A DNA stretch of 64,000 bases from an uncultured Acidobacteriota bacterium (GTDB lineage: Bacteria; Acidobacteriota; UBA6911), in contig CAYTYP010000013.1 in assembly GCA_964441405.1 (NCBI GenBank), positions 23,779 to 87,778 of the forward strand, written 5' to 3'. Positions 38,249 through 46,804 of this stretch are shown one piece after another. Numbering within the stretch: the first letter of the stretch is position 1; each line of letters begins with the position of its first letter. The notes beneath the pieces were generated by a model. The model saw only the letters and a program-made list of their open reading frames with translations. It was not told the DNA's origin and searched no databases. The position numbers were made by a program, and so were the translations under genes.

Positions 38249-39820
38249 ATGAAAATTTGGAACCGCAGCTATCTGCCTTTGTTTCTTTTTTCTGTTTTTT
38301 TATTCGTTGCAGCCGCCGCTCAAGCTCAACAAACCTGTGAGAGTTTGGCTTCCATTAAAATTCCCAACGTCACCATTACTTCAGCTCAATCCCTGAAACC
38401 AGGATGGACGTCGCCCGAGCAAACAGGATTTATTAATGCCAAGCCAACGGCAATCAAAAAGCCGGCATGCAGGATACTGGCCGTTTCCGCGCCCACCGGC
38501 GATTCCCATATCGGGATCGAAGTCTGGCTCCCGGTTGCAGAAAATTGGAATGGCAAGTTTTTGGCGATCGGCAATCCTGGATTCATTGGTTCTATTGCAA
38601 TCGGCGGACTCATCGGCAATTCTGAGAGTGGCTGGGCGACTGCAGCGACCGATACCGGGCATGTGGACGATACGGCCAAATGGGCTCCGGGTCATCCCGA
38701 AAAATGGGAGGATTGGGGCCATCGCGCCGTTCATGAGATGACAGTGACGGCCAAGAAATTAATCCAGAGCTATTATGGCAAATCTCCCCGGCATTCTTAT
38801 TGGAACAGCTGCCACAACGGCGGCAACCAGGGACTCAATGAAGCGCAGCGTTATCCTGACGATTACGATGGAATTGTCGCCGGCGATCCCGCATTTTATA
38901 TTTCGCACCTGCAGCCCGGTTCTCTTTATATCAGCTGGGTCGCTCTTAAAGATGGAGTGGCTGGCCCCGGCTATATCCCGACTAAAAAACTTGCCGTCAT
39001 AAATAAAGCGGCGCTCGCAGCGTGCGATACTATAGATGGTCTCAAAGACGATTTAATTACCGATCCTCGGCAATGCAAATTCGATCCGAAAACGCTCCAG
39101 TGCCCGGGTAATAAGGATGGTGAATCCTGCCTCACAACCGCCCAGATTGATACGGTAAAAAAGATCTATGCCGGGGCGAAGTTCAAAGACGGAACCCAGA
39201 TTTACACCGGTTTTGAGCCGGGAAGCGAGCTGACCTGGGCGCCCATTATGATTGAGAAGGAGCCTTTCTTCGTCAATGTTGACTATTTCAAAGGCATGGT
39301 TCATGAGGATCTGAATTGGGACTGGCTCAAGTTCGATCTCGAAAAAGACACTCGCAAGGGCATCGCCAAAGCCGGGAAAAAGGTGGACGGGAACAATCCT
39401 GATTTGAGCGGCCTCAAGAAAGCTGGCGGAAAGCTCATCATGATCGCTTCGTGGAATTCCGTTGCGCTTCCTCCCAGACGCCTCTCCCAATACTATGAAG
39501 ACGTTGTCAAGACTATGGGCGGATTGAACAAGACGAACGATTTTGCCCGCCTCTTCATGGTTCCGGGCGCGGGCGGATGTGTAGGATTCATGACTGGCGG
39601 CAGGGACTTTGACGCCTTCACTGCAATCCAGAATTGGGTTGAAAAAGGCGTTGCCCCGGACTCGATCGTATACACCCAAAGCCCCCAGGCGGGCAGAGGC
39701 CAGCAAGGAGGCGTCACCCGGAGCCGTCCTGTCTGCGCTTATCCTGAGGCGGCCAAATACAAGGGAAGCGGCGATATCAACGACGCTGCCAATTTCGTAT
39801 GCGCCGGTTCCGGCAAATGA
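38249..39820 (+). CDS. secreted tannase/feruloyl-esterase family alpha/beta hydrolase
   Basis: Signal peptide followed by CESLASIKIPNVTITSAQ, typical of the family N-terminus. AGGAGG RBS. Confidence 0.65.
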   Translation: MKIWNRSYLPLFLFSVFLFVAAAAQAQQTCESLASIKIPNVTITSAQSLKPGWTSPEQTGFINAKPTAIKKPACRILAVSAPTGDSHIGIEVWLPVAENWNGKFLAIGNPGFIGSIAIGGLIGNSESGWATAATDTGHVDDTAKWAPGHPEKWEDWGHRAVHEMTVTAKKLIQSYYGKSPRHSYWNSCHNGGNQGLNEAQRYPDDYDGIVAGDPAFYISHLQPGSLYISWVALKDGVAGPGYIPTKKLAVINKAALAACDTIDGLKDDLITDPRQCKFDPKTLQCPGNKDGESCLTTAQIDTVKKIYAGAKFKDGTQIYTGFEPGSELTWAPIMIEKEPFFVNVDYFKGMVHEDLNWDWLKFDLEKDTRKGIAKAGKKVDGNNPDLSGLKKAGGKLIMIASWNSVALPPRRLSQYYEDVVKTMGGLNKTNDFARLFMVPGAGGCVGFMTGGRDFDAFTAIQNWVEKGVAPDSIVYTQSPQAGRGQQGGVTRSRPVCAYPEAAKYKGSGDINDAANFVCAGSGK

Positions 39821-39843
39821 TAGAGTTCGCGTAAAAATAAAAC

Positions 39844-39894
39844 GCCACGGATTCCACAGAGTAAAAATTATTATTATTCAGTGGATTCCGTGGC
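39844..39894 (+). terminator. perfect 14-bp hairpin GCCACGGATTCCAC/GTGGATTCCGTGGC followed by a T-rich run
   Basis: Seen directly. Downstream of the esterase stop. Confidence 0.6.
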
Positions 39895-39922
39895 ATGCTT
39901 TTAAATTTTGGGCGGGGTTATT

Positions 39923-42382
39923 ATGGCGGAAGACCATAGGCCATGGACATGGAAGCCGCCTGAAGGCGTTTTCGGGACCGACAATAGCAAACCGCGCCAG
40001 GATGCCCACGACAAACTGTCAGGCCAGGCTGTCTTTACAAGGGATCTGGATTTTCCCGGCATGCTCTATGCCAAGATCCTTGCCGCGCCGTATGCCCACG
40101 CTAAAATCGCAAGCATGGATGTCCGAAAGGCCGAAGCGCTGACCGGAGTTCGGGACATAGTAAAATACGATGATCCCGATCTTGCGCTCGAAAACTCCAC
40201 GGGCGGTTATTGTTCCAGCGAATACAATATCCTGACGCTTCCCGGCGCAAGCGATTTCTATCAGCACCCCATGGGAGTTGTGGTAGTGGCGGACAGCGAA
40301 GAGATATGCGATCGCGCGCTGCGATTGATTGATATCCAATGGGAAGAAAAGCCATTCATTTTGGATATGGAGGAATCGTTAAAACCAAACGCCCCCAAGA
40401 TCATGCCCGACGTTTTGCGCCTGAATCCAGGAGCAAAAGAACCCAATACTCTCCTGACCAAAACAACGGAAATTGGAAATGTTCAAAAGGGATTCGCCGA
40501 GGCGGACAAGACAATCGAATATACGATTACGAGAGCGACCAATACGGTGGCGGGCGTCGAAGCGATGGCTTGCGTCGTCCAATGGCGAGGAGACTTCCTC
40601 GACATATGGCCTCATCATACGGCGCACATGCAGCCGGTCCTGAGCAGTGCGAGCACGCCCTCGTCCGGATTGTCGTGGGTTGCACTCGGGTATGGAATTC
40701 AGCAATTTGATCCTGATTCCAAGGCGACGGACAGGTTTAAACCTCTCGCTCCGATTTGTGAGAATAATAAAATATCCGTAACAGTCCCATACCAGGGCGC
40801 CTGGTACGGCGGCATTGCATGGCTGGCATATTCAACGGCGTTTATCCGGATGGCGGCAATCCTGGCCCGGAGAGCCGGGAACCGGCCGGTGAAGCTGCTG
40901 TATGATGAAAGCAATTTCTATTGCAATGGAGATGATGCGGCAATTTATCGATGTAAAGTGGGCGCAAAAAAGGATGGAACGATTACAGCCTGCGACTGGC
41001 ATGTTGTGGGACCGTTCGGAGAACTGCACATTGATAAGACGCATGAATCTACCGGGATCCCGAACCTGCGCAACACGCAGGAATGGGCTTTGATCAACCA
41101 GGGCCATTACATGTGTTTCCGGCACGGCGCCCATTGTTGTGTGCCGCATAATGTAATGTTCGATCGCGTCGCCGCCGAATTCGATTTGGATCCTACCGAA
41201 GTCGCTCTTAAGAATGACGGATGCCGAGGCAACTATTGGGATTGGGTGACAGAATACCAGAAACAGAATGGATTTCCACCGCGACAGAGCTTAAGGGAAA
41301 TTATCCAATTAGGCAAGGAAGCGATCGGCTGGAACCGGAAATGGCACGCTCCGGGAGCCGGGAGGCTGCCGAATGGAAGAATGCATGGCCTTGGTTTTGT
41401 TTCGATCAACGAGTGGAGTTGGATTGCAGGCAGGATGTTTGCTTGCCTCATATTGCGTGAAGGAAAACTCACAATTGTGGGATTGCGCGCGGATTTCGGG
41501 ATGGACACCGAATCGGCTTTTCGCCAATGTGTAGCTTCGGAAGCGGGATTGAGATACCAAGACACAGTGATTCAGCAGCAACGGACGGATGCGGGAGCCT
41601 ACATGTTCTGGGTTCCCGGCGGATCCATGGGAATCAGCCAAACCACTCCTCAACTTGTGATCGCCGCCAGAGAGCTGAAACGGAAAATTATCGGTTACGC
41701 CCTGCGGCCTCGCTCAACCATGGCGGGTTTCGGATCCTCTATGTTTCCGGGCAAAAATGCCGAAGATCTGGATGTCAAGGACGGCTTTGTTTTTGAAAAG
41801 GCAAATCCGGACAAGAAAAGAAGCGTGAAGGATGTGGCCGCTTCATTCTGGAGCGAAGATCCGGCGATCATCCACCCCACGGCTCCATCCGTGAGCGGAT
41901 TGACTCTTGATGGGAAACCGCATTCGCAGATGTACATCATGAGCCGGCAAGCGCATTTCATTGAAGTTGAAGTCGACGCCGAGACCGGTGAAGTGGTTGT
42001 AACCAATCTGGTATGTGTTAATGACGTCGGCCACCTGTTTAATCGCCGCGGAGCGGAAGCGCAGCAGTATGGCGGCGCAATCATGGGATTAGGACGAAGC
42101 GTAACGGAAGAAAAAGTTTATTGCCCGAAAACCGGCGTCGGATTGAATTTCGACAATATCGGGTACCACATAGGAACTATGAATGACTACCCGGAAGTCA
42201 AGTGCCTCATCAATGAAAGCCACCTCGGCTATTCGACCTACGGAGCCTGTGGAGTCGGGGAAGATACGGCCGCTTCTCTGTCGGGAATCACCGCAGGCGC
42301 AATATTCAACGCCACCGGCAAATGGGCTCTCGATTACCCGCACACTCCCGATAAAGTACTCAAAGCCCTCGGGAAGATTTAA
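39923..42382 (+). CDS. third molybdopterin-binding large-subunit paralog
   Basis: 820 aa. Collinear with 31978-34392 from the N-terminus (HRPWTWKPPE...RQDAHDKLSGQAVFTRD...PGMLYAKILAAPYAHAKI) through the C-terminus (ALDYPHTPDKVLKALGKI versus VLDYPTTPDRVLKALGKI). Confidence 0.8.
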   Translation: MAEDHRPWTWKPPEGVFGTDNSKPRQDAHDKLSGQAVFTRDLDFPGMLYAKILAAPYAHAKIASMDVRKAEALTGVRDIVKYDDPDLALENSTGGYCSSEYNILTLPGASDFYQHPMGVVVVADSEEICDRALRLIDIQWEEKPFILDMEESLKPNAPKIMPDVLRLNPGAKEPNTLLTKTTEIGNVQKGFAEADKTIEYTITRATNTVAGVEAMACVVQWRGDFLDIWPHHTAHMQPVLSSASTPSSGLSWVALGYGIQQFDPDSKATDRFKPLAPICENNKISVTVPYQGAWYGGIAWLAYSTAFIRMAAILARRAGNRPVKLLYDESNFYCNGDDAAIYRCKVGAKKDGTITACDWHVVGPFGELHIDKTHESTGIPNLRNTQEWALINQGHYMCFRHGAHCCVPHNVMFDRVAAEFDLDPTEVALKNDGCRGNYWDWVTEYQKQNGFPPRQSLREIIQLGKEAIGWNRKWHAPGAGRLPNGRMHGLGFVSINEWSWIAGRMFACLILREGKLTIVGLRADFGMDTESAFRQCVASEAGLRYQDTVIQQQRTDAGAYMFWVPGGSMGISQTTPQLVIAARELKRKIIGYALRPRSTMAGFGSSMFPGKNAEDLDVKDGFVFEKANPDKKRSVKDVAASFWSEDPAIIHPTAPSVSGLTLDGKPHSQMYIMSRQAHFIEVEVDAETGEVVVTNLVCVNDVGHLFNRRGAEAQQYGGAIMGLGRSVTEEKVYCPKTGVGLNFDNIGYHIGTMNDYPEVKCLINESHLGYSTYGACGVGEDTAASLSGITAGAIFNATGKWALDYPHTPDKVLKALGKI

Positions 42383-42423
42383 CCGCCGATATATGTTTCT
42401 CTGCTGAATTAACGGCCGCAACC

Positions 42424-42523
42424 TAAACTAAAACAACGCCACGGAATCGAACACGGAGTCCACGGAATTTATTGATTTATTTCTGTGTGTTCCGTGATGG
42501 GTTCCGTGGCGTTGTTGTTTTAG
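42424..42523. repeat. ~100-bp structured palindromic repeat, copy B
   Basis: AAACAACGCCACGGAATCGAACACGGAGTCCACGGAATTTATTGATTTATTTCTGTGTGTTCCGTGATGGGTTCCGTGGCGTTGTTGTTTT. Differs from copy A at a handful of positions. Confidence 0.8.
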
Positions 42524-42637
42524 GCGGTTAATTCTTACGCTAAAAGCTGCTGGGCTTGGATCAAACGATCCCGGACATGCCCGCTTTATGGAGCTGGGCA
42601 ATTGCCTGTTGTCTGTAAGGCAAGCCGCCAAAGAGCT

Positions 42638-44803
42638 TCACCGGTCCAATTCAATGTCGGTTTGAGTTATGGCAATGCCGGCGGAACCGGCTTCGGAGAT
42701 CTCGATCCTTAACGTGTATTTTCCCGGCGGCGCGTCCGGGAACGTCAGATTCAATGCGGCAAAGGCTTCCGAACTGCCGGTTAGGGCGAGTTTTGTCCGG
42801 TTTAGTTCCATTGAAGATTGAGCGGACTCCTCGTCTTTTTCACTGATCAGTTTGGCTTTAGCTTCAAGCTTCCATTGATTGACGCTGCTGTTGTCATTGT
42901 AGATCTTGAATAGAACTGGAATCGTCGAACCGACCGGCAATTTGTGATTCATGTTGGGAGTGATTTGCATCCCGTTATAAACCAAGGGATCGCTGTCATC
43001 CAGCAATTGAGCTTGAATGTCCTGAACCAGGGCGGGCAAAGCCGTCTTTTGGGCCATGACGACCAGGCTGCTGACGGAAAGCCCTTTCTGTGGTTTCGCA
43101 GGCACTTCCAAGGACTGCTCTATCGCTCCGAGATTGTTTGATTCGTCGGAAACAGCAAATTTTAAGCGATATTTTCCGGGCTGAAGTTTGAAATAATTGC
43201 GATAGGGCAGGTTCATTTTGCGGATATCCTGCTCTGTTTCCTTTTCAAACTTTGTGTTCAGGGTCTCGCTGAATCTGCCGCTTATGCTTCCGTCTTCCGC
43301 ATAGGCTACGCCCATAACGCTGAGATCGCTTTCCAGCTGATCGCCGTTCTTTTTAATTGCGGCTTTTTCCATCCCGATTTCGGCAAAAACCAAAACTCTT
43401 GAAAGGCGTGAGGAATCGTAAAAATAAGCCGGGCGGAAAGAAACCGGCAACCGGGTAGTCGAAGCCGGCGACGCCAGGGCGTCCATAAGTTTCCCTTCCC
43501 GTTTAGAACTGGAAAGCATGTCTACAGGACGCCGGTCAAGATAAGCATTCCGGTGCTTGAGTGCGATCCCCTTCTGGTCAATCTTCACCGTCAGTTTGCG
43601 CAATTCTCCATTGCGCTTTGGATTATTGGAGCTGAAACCCAAAATGTAATAATTGCTCAACTGCAAATCCAGGTTGGCGAGTTCACTGTCGTACTTGTTT
43701 GTGTTGAATATGGACGATCCTCCGGTATCCGAAGCCAAAGCTTTCAGCAGGCTCAACCCGCCGCCTCCGGACTGACCCGCGATATTCTGAGAAGCCTGAG
43801 AATCTAAAGAATCCGCTGAGCCGGCGGAAGATGTTTGGGCTCCCTGAGCTGCCGCTGCGGCAGAAGGCGATGTCGAAGAAGACGAGCTGGAAGAGGAGGA
43901 TGTGGATGTGGAAGTAACCGTTCCCGAGTTAATATTGTTGTTGTCCCATGGGGAAGGCTGCGTTAGCGTCAGGCCGCCGGGGTCCACTGTGTAATAAACA
44001 ACATTAGCTCTTTTGGCGGATGTCAGGACGGCTTTATATACTTTTTCGACAGTTTTAGGATTGATGAAATTGGATTGTGAATAAATCAGTACGGATTTTT
44101 GCCCTTTAAGCCGCTCGATGGAATAATTAATGGCCTGGAGAGCGCTGAGAAAGCCTTCCGATTGATAGTTCATGGATGCCATGCCAATATCCAGATCTCG
44201 TGGCGCTCCCGTACCCGGCAGCGATGCAGTGGATCCATCGGACTTAGAGGAGAAATTGGTCGCCGAGATGGCCGGTTGAGCAATGGCCTTTAAAATTTTT
44301 TCCGGTTCATTGGTGAGGTTTTGAAGCAAGGTTAGACTATATCCAAACGATGCTGCGGCAAACCAATCCTGGGAATTCATATGATCTTTTACGAACAATG
44401 CGGCAGAGTCGCGAGCACGCTTGACATTCTCCGCTGAAAGAGCGCCGTCATCAAAAAGGATCAATACCGTTTTCCCTCCGCGCCGGGCGTTGTCGTCCAA
44501 TAGAGCCATATTTTGCGGGGACGGCGTTCCTTGCCCTGCCGTCACTTCATCAAAACTCACTATTTCCTGCTGCTTCCCATCTTCATAAAGCTTAAAGCTC
44601 TCTTTTTTCAGGTTCTTTACCGGTCGGCCATTTTTGTCCAGCGCCGCTACTTCGACTGCAACCAGTTCGACCTCTGAGCGCAGGACAAAAGGTTTTTCCG
44701 ACTGAGCTGCAGCGGTGCGCATGGACAGGAAAGGCTGAAATAGAATGAAACAGCTGAAAAGCAGCAGTGCGGATAGAAGGCGGTTTGCTCCGGCGATGGA
44801 CAT
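42638..44803 (-). CDS. secreted VWFA-related acidobacterial-domain protein with poly-Ser linker
   Basis: Signal peptide. N-terminal VELVAVEVAALDKNGRPVKNLKKESFKLYEDGKQQEIVSF motif shared with the two downstream paralogs. VWA-like core and a long S/T tract. Confidence 0.6.
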   Translation of the reverse strand: MSIAGANRLLSALLLFSCFILFQPFLSMRTAAAQSEKPFVLRSEVELVAVEVAALDKNGRPVKNLKKESFKLYEDGKQQEIVSFDEVTAGQGTPSPQNMALLDDNARRGGKTVLILFDDGALSAENVKRARDSAALFVKDHMNSQDWFAAASFGYSLTLLQNLTNEPEKILKAIAQPAISATNFSSKSDGSTASLPGTGAPRDLDIGMASMNYQSEGFLSALQAINYSIERLKGQKSVLIYSQSNFINPKTVEKVYKAVLTSAKRANVVYYTVDPGGLTLTQPSPWDNNNINSGTVTSTSTSSSSSSSSSTSPSAAAAAQGAQTSSAGSADSLDSQASQNIAGQSGGGGLSLLKALASDTGGSSIFNTNKYDSELANLDLQLSNYYILGFSSNNPKRNGELRKLTVKIDQKGIALKHRNAYLDRRPVDMLSSSKREGKLMDALASPASTTRLPVSFRPAYFYDSSRLSRVLVFAEIGMEKAAIKKNGDQLESDLSVMGVAYAEDGSISGRFSETLNTKFEKETEQDIRKMNLPYRNYFKLQPGKYRLKFAVSDESNNLGAIEQSLEVPAKPQKGLSVSSLVVMAQKTALPALVQDIQAQLLDDSDPLVYNGMQITPNMNHKLPVGSTIPVLFKIYNDNSSVNQWKLEAKAKLISEKDEESAQSSMELNRTKLALTGSSEAFAALNLTFPDAPPGKYTLRIEISEAGSAGIAITQTDIELDR

Positions 44804-44831
44804 GATTCCTCCACTAATAAATTACAATCCT

Positions 44832-46727
44832 TTATGGTATTTCGACCGTTTTGGACAGAGAACCCATTTTGCCCTGGACGCTCTCGCGTACTACAGCCTT
44901 GATTCTGTAGCGGCCTAAAGGAAGTTTGAGTTCGACTCTGGAGGAAAGACCCCGTCGGCGAAGGTCGGAGTAGCTTCTCTCCAGCAGTTTGAAATCAATG
45001 GTTTTTTCTACGCCGTCGATATATTGATCGTTTTCATCGTAAGCAGCCAGAACCAGGCTGATCAGGTTTTTACGGCGCGCGTCCTCATCAAGAAAATGCA
45101 GCTTATCGATGTCCATGCTCGTCAGGAAGGATACGCCATAAATAGAGGCGTCTTCCCGGTAACAGTTGTAAGAAAGGGAAACGGGAATCTCATTGAGGTT
45201 GCCGGGGGCTTGCAGCGCATCCATGATATCCTCTTTCTTTCGCTTCTCAAAAGTCATTTCCTCTTTGGAAGAATAAAATCCTTTTCGATAGGATATTTCC
45301 AATCCCGGACGGGAGACGTCCAATTTAATCCGGTGATAGACTCCATCAGGCTTTTGCGAAGAAGTGGCGTACGTCAGGATGTAATCGCTAGACTGGCTGT
45401 GAATGATCTGTCGAATCCCTTTATACAAATTGTTATTGTTGGTAAAAAATTGTCCTCCCGTATCATCGGCTAATTGCTTCAGAGGGTTTTCTTTTGCATT
45501 AAAATCGTCCAGCCTTTCGCTGACTGTATTGCCGACGGGTATATAATCTACATGCTGCAGTACCTTGGATATCTCATTCCATTGGCTCAGATCTCCTCCC
45601 TCCGCGGATACATTGCTGATTTCGTTCCATATTCCGTTTATTTTCTTGGTTGTCATTTCCGTGGCCGGACCTTCTCCCCGTGCATCCGTGGCGCTCAGGC
45701 CGGTTTCCAAGCCTCGGATATTCACGCAATTGAAAACAACCCTGGAATTCAGCGCGCGATCGATTACTTCCTGCAGATGATGCGCCGTATAGCTGGAAGA
45801 TTCAGATAAAAATCCACTGGAGAAAAATATTACCCTTTTCTCCGCATCAAAATGTTTCAGCGCCCGCAGATGCTTTCGAAGAGTGTCCAGAAGGATGCGG
45901 ATCCGGCTTTCATTCTGTTCGTACTGCATGTTGGCGACACTGGTCGCCATAGAACCCGCGGACATCAGGTTGCCGGCAAAGGCCGCCCCTCGGCTCACAC
46001 CCCCGTTGGAGAGATCAGAGAAGTCGTCGCTATCATACAGGCCCATACACACCAAGGCCTTCACCGCTGCTTTATTTAGCTCCAGCTTTTCATGCAAAAA
46101 AGCGATCCGGTACGCTTGCTGATCTGTTAGATCAGGGCATTGCTTGGCCGGAACATTGCGCTGGATGGCGCCCAAAATACCGGCGATGCGCTCCTGGAGA
46201 ATCTGCTTGTCATCGGTGAAGGGCACTTGAATTTGCGCCGAGCCTGAAAGAATGGCGATTTGGTCAAAAGGCGCTACATCATGGATAACATATTCCTGGA
46301 CAGCCTGGATCAGCCGCGGCAGGTTCTCAAGCGAATCCAACATCAAATCATCTATAATGAGTGAAATCATCCTGTGCCGTGTCAGATAAACCGGGGGCTT
46401 CAACGATGGGGAGCTTTTCGCGGAAGCAGTTGCGTTTTTAGGGTCTTGAGCCGGTTCCCGGCTCAAAGGGAAAGTTTCCCGGGCAAATGAATTTATTTCC
46501 TGCAGTTTCCCATCCTCATAAATCTTGAAATCGTTTTGGTTCAAGTCGGCGACGGGATTCCCCTGTTTGTCTTTTACTGTTGCACGGATGGTCACTATGT
46601 TTACCGGAACTTTGAAGTAAGGCGTTTCCGGTTTTTTTTCTTTGTCGCCTTTTTTTTGTTCGGCCGCGGCAAAAGAGCAGAGAATCATGAGCAGCAACAA
46701 TACAAAAGCTTTCATCGGCTTATCCAT
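44832..46727 (-). CDS. secreted VWFA-related acidobacterial-domain protein
   Basis: Signal peptide. FKVPVNIVTIRATVKDKQGNPVADLNQNDFKIYEDGKLQEINSF motif. Confidence 0.6.
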   Translation of the reverse strand: MDKPMKAFVLLLLMILCSFAAAEQKKGDKEKKPETPYFKVPVNIVTIRATVKDKQGNPVADLNQNDFKIYEDGKLQEINSFARETFPLSREPAQDPKNATASAKSSPSLKPPVYLTRHRMISLIIDDLMLDSLENLPRLIQAVQEYVIHDVAPFDQIAILSGSAQIQVPFTDDKQILQERIAGILGAIQRNVPAKQCPDLTDQQAYRIAFLHEKLELNKAAVKALVCMGLYDSDDFSDLSNGGVSRGAAFAGNLMSAGSMATSVANMQYEQNESRIRILLDTLRKHLRALKHFDAEKRVIFFSSGFLSESSSYTAHHLQEVIDRALNSRVVFNCVNIRGLETGLSATDARGEGPATEMTTKKINGIWNEISNVSAEGGDLSQWNEISKVLQHVDYIPVGNTVSERLDDFNAKENPLKQLADDTGGQFFTNNNNLYKGIRQIIHSQSSDYILTYATSSQKPDGVYHRIKLDVSRPGLEISYRKGFYSSKEEMTFEKRKKEDIMDALQAPGNLNEIPVSLSYNCYREDASIYGVSFLTSMDIDKLHFLDEDARRKNLISLVLAAYDENDQYIDGVEKTIDFKLLERSYSDLRRRGLSSRVELKLPLGRYRIKAVVRESVQGKMGSLSKTVEIP

Positions 46728-46804
46728 AGCGCGCTCCAGGTCTTTCGTTGGATCAGCTCATTAAAAAACTGATGCATGAATGAAGAAATAAGTTCATGCC
46801 ATCT

